Positions 8,779 through 17,648 of a stretch of DNA of 33,406 nucleotides are shown piece after piece. The notes under the pieces were generated by a model. It was not told the origin of the DNA. It ran no database searches and saw nothing but the letters and a program-made list of their open reading frames with translations. Position 1 is the first letter of the stretch; every line of letters begins with the position of its first letter. The position numbers and the translations under genes were made by a program. The DNA is from Promethearchaeia archaeon (GTDB lineage Archaea > Asgardarchaeota > Lokiarchaeia > Sigyniarchaeales > SOKP01), in assembly GCA_046483985.1 (NCBI GenBank), contig JAWOCD010000013.1, positions 1 through 33,406 on the forward strand. Reading direction: 5' to 3'.

Positions 8779-8989
8779 TCAGTAAAGAGGGTTTTTTTGA
8801 TTCAGATTAATATTTCCATTAAGTTCTTTAATTTTTAAAATTTTATTTAGTAAGGACAATATTCTAACTATATCCTAATTATTATTTAATCTTATTTCAT
8901 TTTAATGTTCTTATATTAATTTATAATTCATTTTTAAAAAATTTAAAAAGATGGAGTGTCTCGGCCTAATAAAGCCCCATGCCATATTT

Positions 8990-9637
8990 TCAAACCAAAA
9001 TTAGTAGAATATTAAAAAATGAATGAGCCACTATACCAGGTAATAAAGAGTTATCGGAAAACTTGAACACGAGAGATAAAAGAACGCCAAAGCTAAAGTA
9101 ATACCCGAAAAAAGTAATAATGGTTGAGAGCGGGACTATAAACGGCGGAACATGATAAATTGCAAATATTAAGGACGATAAGATTATTCCAACGCCAGAA
9201 GGTAACTTATCTTCCAATTTTGACAGCATAAAGCCCCTGAAGAAGGCTTCTTCGCAAATACCCACCACAAAAACTTGCATAATAATCAAAATTATAATCT
9301 GCATTAGAGTTGGGGTTACGGGAGAGGTATTTATTACATTTTCTTCGGCTCTAACAATATATTCAGTCCCAAAAAGTTGCTCAACAATAAAATTCCTAAA
9401 AAAATTTGTAATATATCCACTGATCAAATAAAAAAGCAATCCTCCCAGTAACCCAAGCCCGATCCTCCGCAATCTTATCATAAGGGGGTTTCGTGCAAGC
9501 CTCAAACCCATATTTCTGAGCTCTTCTCGAAAAGTATGGTTTTCTATTCTTGCAGAAATCAACGGAGGGATAATGACAAAAAGAACTTCTAATAATGTTA
9601 ATCCAATTAATATCCAGGAATTGACGCCTAAATTCAT
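8990..9637 (-). CDS. CPBP/Abi (type II CAAX) intramembrane metalloprotease
   Basis: EEAFFRG, FAIYH and AHSFFN motifs all intact; multiple hydrophobic segments. Confidence 0.9.
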   Translation of the reverse strand: MNLGVNSWILIGLTLLEVLFVIIPPLISARIENHTFREELRNMGLRLARNPLMIRLRRIGLGLLGGLLFYLISGYITNFFRNFIVEQLFGTEYIVRAEENVINTSPVTPTLMQIIILIIMQVFVVGICEEAFFRGFMLSKLEDKLPSGVGIILSSLIFAIYHVPPFIVPLSTIITFFGYYFSFGVLLSLVFKFSDNSLLPGIVAHSFFNILLILV

Positions 9638-9753
9638 TTTTCTTCTTTTTATTAATCTTGAAATATTTTTCTTGTATCTTCAATAAGATTTAAAAATCAA
9701 TAAATTAAACCCCTCTTAATTGTTAATTTAGAAAGCATAATAATGATTAAATA

Positions 9754-11028
9754 ATGACGATAAGAGAAGATTTTGAATTTTCCTCAAGGGTAAATCCCTC
9801 TCCGCTGGAAGAACAAGAAAGTGGTTCCACCAAAGAACAGTTATTATTGAAAAATTTGAAAAATCTTACAAAAGAGTATATTAACATAGAAAAAATCAAA
9901 AAAAGATTTGTAACACTAATTACTGAACAGATTCCGGAGTTTAATTTCTCTCAATTTATTGAAAATCCCCATTATGACATTAAGGAAGCATGTTTAATAC
10001 ATAAGGTCAAGAAATCGAATATTCGGGGGTTAAATATTGTCAGTGTGGACGGAAGCTCGGTAATAAAAAATTTTCTGAACGTGGATTTTTCTTTTCTTAA
10101 GACGATTGCCGTAATCTATCAGTTTCGTCAAAATCATTCCGCAAACATTAAGTACTATCCTGATTTAAACGGTTTTAATAATTATCAAGTTAAGGCGAAT
10201 TATATCAATAGATTCGAAAGTTCCGTGGAATCGGAATTATCAATGAATATGAAATTTATGGAATTAAATCTTTTGAACAAATTAATAGAAGAGGATAGGA
10301 CACCTATTGATTTGATCATTATAGATGGATCCATTGTTATTATGCCCATAAATTACATCTTTTCTAAAGATAAGGAGGTACTCAATAAGTATAACAATCT
10401 TTTACTCGAATATAAACGATTATATAAAAATTGTAAGAAAAAGGGGATTCTTTTAGTTGGTTCCATCAAAGATACCAGGTCTTCTGCCTTGACTCATCTG
10501 TTAAGAGACTCAATTCAGTTACTAAAGCCCCAGAATAATAACCCCGAATTGATGGAAATTATAAAAATGAATTACCGAACCGTTATGGAATACTTTAATG
10601 ATGTGGATTTATTTAATCGCATTCTATCTAAAGGAGAAAGAAGTTGTATCTTCCAATGTAAAAGAGAACAAGAGATGATCCGTGACACGGGAATTAAGAA
10701 GGACATCTCATATCATTTTCCTCTAGATTTTTATGCTTATTACTTTAAGACCGCGAAATATGACACTCCATGCCGAATAGAATTCTTTACAGATGAAGAA
10801 GAAACAATTAATAAAGCCGCAGAGAAAGCACAACTGATCTCCTCTATCTTATTACCTGTATCGAATTTAAATGAATCCTTTGGTCTCCCCATTCCACAAA
10901 TAGAAGCTCACAAGCGAGCTGTCTTTAAAAAACATGAAATTAATCTATTATTTAGAAGTTTAAACAGAAATCTTTCTCAACATGGCATTAATCTAGTAGA
11001 AAAACGAAGAAACCGAAGACCATTTTAA
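9754..11028 (+). CDS. nurA: NurA-family nuclease
   Basis: VSVDGS, ME..L, IIIDGSI, GSIKD, RIEF and PIPQIEAHKRA motifs. Confidence 0.88.
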   Translation: MTIREDFEFSSRVNPSPLEEQESGSTKEQLLLKNLKNLTKEYINIEKIKKRFVTLITEQIPEFNFSQFIENPHYDIKEACLIHKVKKSNIRGLNIVSVDGSSVIKNFLNVDFSFLKTIAVIYQFRQNHSANIKYYPDLNGFNNYQVKANYINRFESSVESELSMNMKFMELNLLNKLIEEDRTPIDLIIIDGSIVIMPINYIFSKDKEVLNKYNNLLLEYKRLYKNCKKKGILLVGSIKDTRSSALTHLLRDSIQLLKPQNNNPELMEIIKMNYRTVMEYFNDVDLFNRILSKGERSCIFQCKREQEMIRDTGIKKDISYHFPLDFYAYYFKTAKYDTPCRIEFFTDEEETINKAAEKAQLISSILLPVSNLNESFGLPIPQIEAHKRAVFKKHEINLLFRSLNRNLSQHGINLVEKRRNRRPF

Positions 11029-11031
11029 AAT

Positions 11032-11718
11032 TCACTGTAAAAAGGCCCGATTTAAGTAGATATCTTCAAAAAATACATGTTTTTTTTCTATTACTTGATT
11101 CATATATCCCAAATCAGAGAGCGTCCGATTTAGTTGCCTTAAATCTGCCTTACTTGAGGATATAAAATAAAGATAACTCTTTTTATCCCTTGTAATATAT
11201 TTCTTAGCCGAATCAAGAAACTTTAAGATTACTTCTATTCCTTTAGGGCCTCCATTCCAAATTCTGTCTTCTGATAGGTTTTTATTGCTTTTTCCCCCCA
11301 CATTATAGAAGGAAGGGAGATAAGGAGGGTTAAAAATAACGATATCGAAGGAGTTCTTCAATTCACTTGAAAATGACTGAAAAAGATCGGATTTAATGAA
11401 TTGGATTTGTGGACTCACGTGATTTTTGCATGCGTTACTGTGGGCGATCTTTAGGGCTTCATCTGATATGTCAGATGCATAAATTTCTGGAGAAAAATCA
11501 TCACATCTTTTTTCAAGTAATGCCAAATAAATAGCGATTATGCCGCTACCGGTCCCAAGATCTAAGATCATATCAACTTGCTCAAAAGGGATAGAATCAA
11601 ATCGGTTACTTTTGATATATTTACTGAAATAATCGAGTATTAAGTAACTATCGTCAGAAGGGTAATATACATCATCATCAGCAACATTTATTATAGGCTC
11701 GATGTTTTTAATCAGCAT
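11032..11718 (-). CDS. HemK2/Mtq2-family release-factor glutamine methyltransferase
   Basis: VYYPSDDSYL, LDLGTGSG, FNPPYLP, WNGG..G and FFE.I motifs; conserved position after rsmA. Confidence 0.9.
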   Translation of the reverse strand: MLIKNIEPIINVADDDVYYPSDDSYLILDYFSKYIKSNRFDSIPFEQVDMILDLGTGSGIIAIYLALLEKRCDDFSPEIYASDISDEALKIAHSNACKNHVSPQIQFIKSDLFQSFSSELKNSFDIVIFNPPYLPSFYNVGGKSNKNLSEDRIWNGGPKGIEVILKFLDSAKKYITRDKKSYLYFISSSKADLRQLNRTLSDLGYMNQVIEKKHVFFEDIYLNRAFLQ

Positions 11719-11719
11719 T

Positions 11720-12562
11720 TCACCGGTATACGTATATTTGTTTTGCTAATTTAATGAAAGTGTCAATAGAATACATAAAGAGCTTCTTGTCGGGGAAATC
11801 GTTTTCTTTCAAGAGATTTAAGATAAATTTCTTGTTTAGGGTTTTACTAAGATCTCGAGTTTTAGAATAGTAGACAAGAGCATTTGAAATCTTTTTATTT
11901 TTATAGGGCATAATTCCCGCAAGAAAATCCAAGTAAAATTCCCGGGATTCTAGATCTTGCAAAAAAGGGGAAATATGCTCTCTCGGGACTAATTTAATAA
12001 GACTAAGAGGGATTTTCGGAGCGGGATAAAACGAGGTCCTCGGCACCTTAATCCTTTTCACAGGTTTTAAAAATGAATTTACAGATACCGTGATCCGTGA
12101 GAAGTTTTTATAATTAGTCTCGTAAAATATCCGATCTGCAAGTCGCTTTTCAATCGTAAGAATTCCTGGAACAGGAGATTTTCGAAAGAAGACTTTTTCG
12201 AAAAGCGGACCCGTAATAGAATAGGGAATATTTGAAACCACTTTTGAATAATTTGGGAGCTCAGTCTCCAAAATATCTGCATGAATGAGGTGGAAGTTTT
12301 CTGAATCTTTAAACTTTTCTTTTAAATAGTTCGTCAATGTCCCATCAATTTCAATACCGTAGACATTCCCAGCAAATCGCAGCAATTCAGCAGTCAAGAT
12401 CCCCAGCCCTGACCCTATCTCAAGAATATTATCAGACTCAGAAATAGCTGCGAATTCCATAATTTTTTCGAGAATCTGCTCATCTACTAGAAAATTTTGC
12501 CCTAATTGTTTATTAGGGCGGATATTTAAATCTCTTAATAAACCTTGAATTTTAGATCTCAT
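11720..12562 (-). CDS. rsmA: 16S rRNA adenine dimethyltransferase RsmA/KsgA/Dim1
   Basis: LGQNFL, ILEIGSGLG.LT, VSNIPYSIT and SFYPAPK motifs. Confidence 0.95.
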   Translation of the reverse strand: MRSKIQGLLRDLNIRPNKQLGQNFLVDEQILEKIMEFAAISESDNILEIGSGLGILTAELLRFAGNVYGIEIDGTLTNYLKEKFKDSENFHLIHADILETELPNYSKVVSNIPYSITGPLFEKVFFRKSPVPGILTIEKRLADRIFYETNYKNFSRITVSVNSFLKPVKRIKVPRTSFYPAPKIPLSLIKLVPREHISPFLQDLESREFYLDFLAGIMPYKNKKISNALVYYSKTRDLSKTLNKKFILNLLKENDFPDKKLFMYSIDTFIKLAKQIYVYR

Positions 12563-12577
12563 GGAACATAGAAAAGA

Positions 12578-13231
12578 TTATTCATATTTCTTAGTCTTTG
12601 AAAATAGATAGTACTTTGCGTCTCTTTGTAATTCCTTGATTATCCTCTGCACTATAGGTTTTTTGGGATTAGAGATACTAGTGCGATCTATGATATCTTG
12701 GAAGGTTGTAAAGTTCTGTTTCTTTCTTGCTTCAATTATTTCCCACATATGCTTATTACCTATGCCAGGTAATAATTTAAGTGCATGCATACGCGGCGTA
12801 ATGGAAGTGGATTTATTATAAAAATTAATAAATTTACCTTCTAGTTCTTCTACTTTTTCTTCAAGAATTGGTTCAATTAATGCCTTTGAAGTGGAGGTTA
12901 GATCATCATAATCAATTTTCTTTAAAACCTTTCCCAATTTTTGCTCTTTCCTAAATTTCTCAAATGTTTGCTTTTCTTGAACTTGAATATCACTCTTTTT
13001 ATCAGGGATTTCAACCTCATAGAGCACAAAATCTTCAAATGTGAGGACTTGTGCGATTGATTTTTTTGCCCAACTCGGTTTGCTTTCATCAAGATGTCCA
13101 TGTAATAGTACATCCAATATTGCAACTTCCCGTTCTTTTTTAATAAATTGGTTTTTTTTATGGGGTTTTCGACCTCTCCGGCGATCATGACTTTTACGAT
13201 GAGATCGTCTATATCTATCTCTTCTAGACAT
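12578..13231 (-). CDS. DUF655 family protein (HhH, putative RNA-binding) with a basic N-terminal extension
   Basis: FINFYN.STSITPRMHALKLLPGIG.KHMWEII..R...F..F.DI..R; conserved rpoF-DUF655-rsmA order; likely ATG at 13231. Confidence 0.9.
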   Translation of the reverse strand: MSRRDRYRRSHRKSHDRRRGRKPHKKNQFIKKEREVAILDVLLHGHLDESKPSWAKKSIAQVLTFEDFVLYEVEIPDKKSDIQVQEKQTFEKFRKEQKLGKVLKKIDYDDLTSTSKALIEPILEEKVEELEGKFINFYNKSTSITPRMHALKLLPGIGNKHMWEIIEARKKQNFTTFQDIIDRTSISNPKKPIVQRIIKELQRDAKYYLFSKTKKYE

Positions 13232-13399
13232 TTTAACCAACTCTTTTAATAAATATTTTAGATTTCTCTTTTCCAAATATCTTTAAATTTGGATGTATAA
13301 CTAATTAATTTGCTACTAAATAAGAGTAAAGGATAATATATTATTTTATTTAATTCAATTTAACCTTAAAAAATCTTTGGTAATATAATTAGCTAAAAT

Positions 13400-13762
13400 C
13401 TATTTTTTCAATTCACTGATTTCATAGAGAATTTCTTGTAGCTTTTCATCATCAAATCCTTTTCCTTTTGGAGACTTTTCAAGAATTACTCGTAATTCTT
13501 CAATCGTTTGGGGATCAATATTAATTATATTTATTGCGAAATCTTCCCCTAAGTTATATTCCTCCATTAAATGTTTTTTCACTTTTAACGCGACTTTTTC
13601 GGACATTTTCGCAAATTTATTAACGTAATTAAAGGTGATTTCTTGAAAATGAGACATTTCCTCCTCTTCATCGATTAATTTTTTGCTCTCTTTCACTTTT
13701 TCCATAATCTTTTTGACCTCAGGAAGCGACACAATCTTTTCCCGTATTTTTCGACCAGACAT
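13400..13762 (-). CDS. rpoF: RNA polymerase subunit Rpo4 (RpoF/Rpb4)
   Basis: VSLPEVKKIM...Q..TFNYVNKFAK...INIINIDPQT.EELRVIL; conserved position after rpl21e. Confidence 0.93.
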   Translation of the reverse strand: MSGRKIREKIVSLPEVKKIMEKVKESKKLIDEEEEMSHFQEITFNYVNKFAKMSEKVALKVKKHLMEEYNLGEDFAINIINIDPQTIEELRVILEKSPKGKGFDDEKLQEILYEISELKK

Positions 13763-13782
13763 CTTTTGATTTTCTCCCTCTT

Positions 13783-14079
13783 TTAGGTGGTCCGTTTTTT
13801 AATATGTTCTTTTCCAACTATTAACAATTTTTTGCTTTTTCCCAGTTTTACTTCCACTTCGTAACAGCGCCCTCTAGTGCCCACGATGGTGCCAGTCTTT
13901 CCATGATATCGTCGATGAGGCATTCCATGTCTATGCTTAGAAGGGTCCGTAATGATATCTACTTTATCGTTAACATTATATTCAACAAGATATTTATCAA
14001 TTGACCCTAAGCCCCCTTCTCGAGCTTTCTTCTTATGCACACGTCGGGTCTTATTTCGATATCCTTTATGTAAAGTCAT
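13783..14079 (-). CDS. rpl21e: 50S ribosomal protein L21e (eL21)
   Basis: KGYRNKTR...DPS.H.GMPHRRYHGKTG...EHIK. Confidence 0.97.
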   Translation of the reverse strand: MTLHKGYRNKTRRVHKKKAREGGLGSIDKYLVEYNVNDKVDIITDPSKHRHGMPHRRYHGKTGTIVGTRGRCYEVEVKLGKSKKLLIVGKEHIKKRTT

Positions 14080-14216
14080 CTTTCTATCTCCAGAAAATTA
14101 AATCTGATATTTGTTTATATCTTTCATAATTTATTTATTTTTTGGTTAAAATGAATATCTTATGAGATACTAAGAAATTGTTCAGTTGCCGCGATAAAAG
14201 TATTCAAATTGTATAC

Positions 14217-15575
14217 TTAATATTTAATTTTCAATACATCCAAAGTTTCACAAGTAAGATCATCGTCCATAATCTGAGCTATGCTGGGACGAGTTCTACC
14301 CTCGTCACTATGGATTAGCTCTTTAATATAAGTCCCCCCTTGCGATTCTATGATGAACTCAAAGCTGGAAGGAGTCAGATATTCTCCTTGAATCGAATAA
14401 ATCTTCTTCTCTCGTATTTTATCCGCCCGACGATGAGCTACACGATTGGGGGTTCTCTGCTGGATTTCTTTATCTTCAATACATTCTTTAATCTGCGATA
14501 ATGAAGTATGGAATTCCTTTTCAGTTAAGTCTTTTGTGCCCCTTACATGAGCCTTATATACTTTTCTGGTATTTTTTGCCTCTTGTTTGAGTTTAATGAC
14601 CTCTTCTTTTGAACTTTTTCGAAGATTGGTAATTTTTACTTTTCCTTGGTGGGTTGTATTAACATACTCCTGAATTTTTGAAAGATTAATACTTCTGATT
14701 TTTGGTTTGAGGAGTTCGATTACGAATGGTCTTCCAGTCCCCAACATCCTTACATCGATGTCCTCTCGTCCCGCTCCATGAAACTTGGAATCCTCTGCTT
14801 TCGCCTCTTTGACAAACTTAGGGCTAATCAGTCCCTCTACACTAGTTTGATATTGTTTTCCAGTAAAATTACATTCTTCGCATCCTTTTCCATGGCAATT
14901 GCCGCAATACCAATGTGTTTGAGGAATCCCTCTCACCAGTTTTTGATATCTCCCAAAGATATATTCTGATTTTACAATCGTTTCGACATCGAAAGAGTCG
15001 TAGTCCAAAGAAAAGATGAGGGTGAGATGGGGATTTTGAAATTCCACAGGTTTATCAATCTGATAAGCAATCCGTTTTCCCACTTCGCGGTTAAAATGGC
15101 TTTTGAAGGCTTCCGTATGTGTGAGATTAAATTCCGCTTTGAATTGGTCCTCTTTATTGATAATTTGACCTGCTGGACTAGTTCCGCAGAGAAAATGGTT
15201 AAATTCCCAGTCTTTCATAATATCTATCGCTTTATTTGCATATCTTTCAATGTGAGAGAAGATATTTTGACAAAGATAACACTGTTCGGGAGCTTTTTCG
15301 GAAAAAGAAATTCCTTTCTTTTCCAAAACTTTTTGGGCTGATTCAAACTTGGCCATTTCCGCCAGTAATATTAAATTTTCTCGTGCTCCGTCCCTTTCCT
15401 CTCCAGTCCCCCATAAAAGCGCTTTGTGAAAATCCATTGTCAGCCCAAGGAGAAGCGATTTTCCTCGCTCGAGGTTCGTGGTATCCGTTGCTAACAATGA
15501 AAACATTCGTCCCAAACAGTATGGGCAGAGATAGTTATTTTGATATATTTCCAGCACTTTTTCAAAAACGGACAT
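14217..15575 (-). CDS. pus10: tRNA pseudouridine(54/55) synthase Pus10
   Basis: LCPYCLGR and CYLC Zn sites; GRYQKLVRGIPQT.W, FHGAGREDIDVRMLG.GRPF and GGTYIKEL..SDEGRT.PS motifs. Confidence 0.97.
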   Translation of the reverse strand: MSVFEKVLEIYQNNYLCPYCLGRMFSLLATDTTNLERGKSLLLGLTMDFHKALLWGTGEERDGARENLILLAEMAKFESAQKVLEKKGISFSEKAPEQCYLCQNIFSHIERYANKAIDIMKDWEFNHFLCGTSPAGQIINKEDQFKAEFNLTHTEAFKSHFNREVGKRIAYQIDKPVEFQNPHLTLIFSLDYDSFDVETIVKSEYIFGRYQKLVRGIPQTHWYCGNCHGKGCEECNFTGKQYQTSVEGLISPKFVKEAKAEDSKFHGAGREDIDVRMLGTGRPFVIELLKPKIRSINLSKIQEYVNTTHQGKVKITNLRKSSKEEVIKLKQEAKNTRKVYKAHVRGTKDLTEKEFHTSLSQIKECIEDKEIQQRTPNRVAHRRADKIREKKIYSIQGEYLTPSSFEFIIESQGGTYIKELIHSDEGRTRPSIAQIMDDDLTCETLDVLKIKY

Positions 15576-15825
15576 TCTATTTTACATAGTTTCAAATCAA
15601 ATTTGTTTTTAACGGAATAGTTTTATTATAAGTAAATGGGAGTCAAAATTTCAAATTAATGTAAAAGATTCTAATAGACGCAATTATAAAAAACTTCAAT
15701 AAAATAAACTATTACTTTTTCGCAAATCAAAAAAAACTTTTTAATAGGGATTTATTAATCTTTATAATAATATATTATAATTTTGAACGAAATAGAAATA
15801 GAAGTAAAAAGAAAGGAGAACTGCC

Positions 15826-16065
15826 ATGAGCGAGAAGCAAGGGATTGTTAAGTGGTTTGACTATAAGAAAGGATATGGTTTCATCAGTCTTGACGACCAA
15901 GAAGAGGACGTGTTTGTACATTACAGCAATATCGATATGGACGGGTTTAAGAAATTAGATCAAGGAGATATCGTGGAATTTGAAGTCCAAGAATCCGATG
16001 ACGGAAAAGGACCAGAAGCAACAGATGTCAAGATTGTGGAAAAAGATAGCAGATACAGGTACTAA
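15826..16065 (+). CDS. Cold-shock domain protein (CspA-like)
   Basis: GIVKWF...KGYGFI (RNP1), DVFVHYS (RNP2), GFKKL..G..VEFE and GPEA motifs; AGGAG Shine-Dalgarno. Confidence 0.95.
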   Translation: MSEKQGIVKWFDYKKGYGFISLDDQEEDVFVHYSNIDMDGFKKLDQGDIVEFEVQESDDGKGPEATDVKIVEKDSRYRY

Positions 16066-16194
16066 ACAAGTAGAAAATCCAATCCTTATTGCCTAACATT
16101 TTTTCTTATTATTTTTAATTTTTCTCAATTTTCCTCATTCTAGAAATAAAAGAAAAAAATTAAATAGTTAGATGATAATTTTAGGTTTATCTAT

Positions 16195-17589
16195 CTATCT
16201 ATCCTTTTCCCAGCCAAAATCCAAAGTGATAAAATTTCTTAGATATAGCAGCGCAATAATGAGAATTAACGATCCTATGGGACCCCATAGCAAATATCCC
16301 CACGAATAACCTTTATTCGGAAATGATGGGAGTTCAAGAATGGACCCCACTAACAGTAATCCAAATGCTTGAAATATATTCAGGAGAATACTTGGAAATC
16401 CCGTATATAGTCCCGCTTTGAGCTCTTTTTCCCCAGTGGATTTTTGATCATTCTCGGCTAAATCAGCAAAGATGATATACGGAAATAAATACCACCCACC
16501 TAAGGCAGCGGCAACAATTCCCACTAAAATAAGGGCAGGAGGTAGAAAATTCTCAAACGGCAAAATGGGTAAGATTGCTGTGAAAGGAAGGACAATAATT
16601 GCCCATAGAAGAATGTAATTAAGCGCAGTTTTTTTTCCGGACTTGGCAATCACTCTTTTCCAGATAAATAACGCGGTAATCACCCCTAACGCTAATATGG
16701 CCGCGCTTAAGAGTGTGTGAGTTGTTTCTGTCAGCTTAAGTACCTCATTTACATAATCAAGCATAACTCCCGTAATCATAGACCATGTGAGAGATGCAAT
16801 ACCCACCAGTAGACATACATGGATAAAATTGGTATCTTCGAAAATTTTCTTAAAATCCTCTATAAAACTCCATTCCCCGGGTTCTGTCCTTTCTTTTGGT
16901 AAGAAAAGTGCGGAGAGATAAAATAACACGATGGTAACAATAGCGAATAAAATTAAAATAATTATAAAATTAAAATCTAAAATCTGGGTTTTAAGAAAGT
17001 CTTGTAAGACTTGCGGAAGGATTACCATCGTTAACAGAAGTGCAATCCCAGTTCCTAAATAATTAAATACATTTTGATATGCTGACGCTTTAGGACGCTG
17101 ATTAACTTTAAATTGTTCTGCCATCCATGATTGATAGGGTGTGGTTAAAAATCCATAAAAGAATTGGAATGAGACATCCCAGATAAGAAGCCAGATAAAG
17201 AGATCTATTTGCACTGGATTTGCACCAAGAAAAATAGGGGGTAAAAGAAGCAATAAAAAGGAAATAGATAAAGCGGGAGCTCCGATAAGCATGAAAGGTT
17301 TTCGTCTTCCCAATCGTGTATCCATTTTATCAGAAAGCCATCCCATGGTCGATTGGGAGATTGCAATTGCGAATTTGCCCATCATTAAAGAAACTCCGAT
17401 CAAGAAAGGGGTCAAGCCATAGCCTTTTTTATAGAGAAAAAGAATACAGAAGTCAACAACGGTAAGGACAATTGATGTAGAAGCTCTTGGCATTGAAAAC
17501 AGCAAATAATTCTTTAACGGTGGTTCTTCTTTTACGGACGATAAATCAGAATTATTTGTATTATCATTTCTTATATTCATATTATTCAT
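16195..17589 (-). CDS. MFS transporter (GPH/MelB-like sugar-cation symporter family)
   Basis: GWLSDKMDTRLGRRKPF motif A, PYQSWMAE, D..E.D...G....GLY and about 12 hydrophobic segments. Start uncertain (17580-17625). Confidence 0.88.
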   Translation of the reverse strand: MNNMNIRNDNTNNSDLSSVKEEPPLKNYLLFSMPRASTSIVLTVVDFCILFLYKKGYGLTPFLIGVSLMMGKFAIAISQSTMGWLSDKMDTRLGRRKPFMLIGAPALSISFLLLLLPPIFLGANPVQIDLFIWLLIWDVSFQFFYGFLTTPYQSWMAEQFKVNQRPKASAYQNVFNYLGTGIALLLTMVILPQVLQDFLKTQILDFNFIIILILFAIVTIVLFYLSALFLPKERTEPGEWSFIEDFKKIFEDTNFIHVCLLVGIASLTWSMITGVMLDYVNEVLKLTETTHTLLSAAILALGVITALFIWKRVIAKSGKKTALNYILLWAIIVLPFTAILPILPFENFLPPALILVGIVAAALGGWYLFPYIIFADLAENDQKSTGEKELKAGLYTGFPSILLNIFQAFGLLLVGSILELPSFPNKGYSWGYLLWGPIGSLILIIALLYLRNFITLDFGWEKDR

Positions 17590-17648
17590 AAGAGAAATAA
17601 CTATAAAAGTTTTAAAGATCAGCAATAAATAATGAAAGAATACCGATT

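Noticed and set aside
11032-15575. pus10-rpl21e-rpoF-DUF655-rsmA-HemK2 cluster as a novel system
   Set aside because: This is a well-known conserved archaeal gene neighbourhood.
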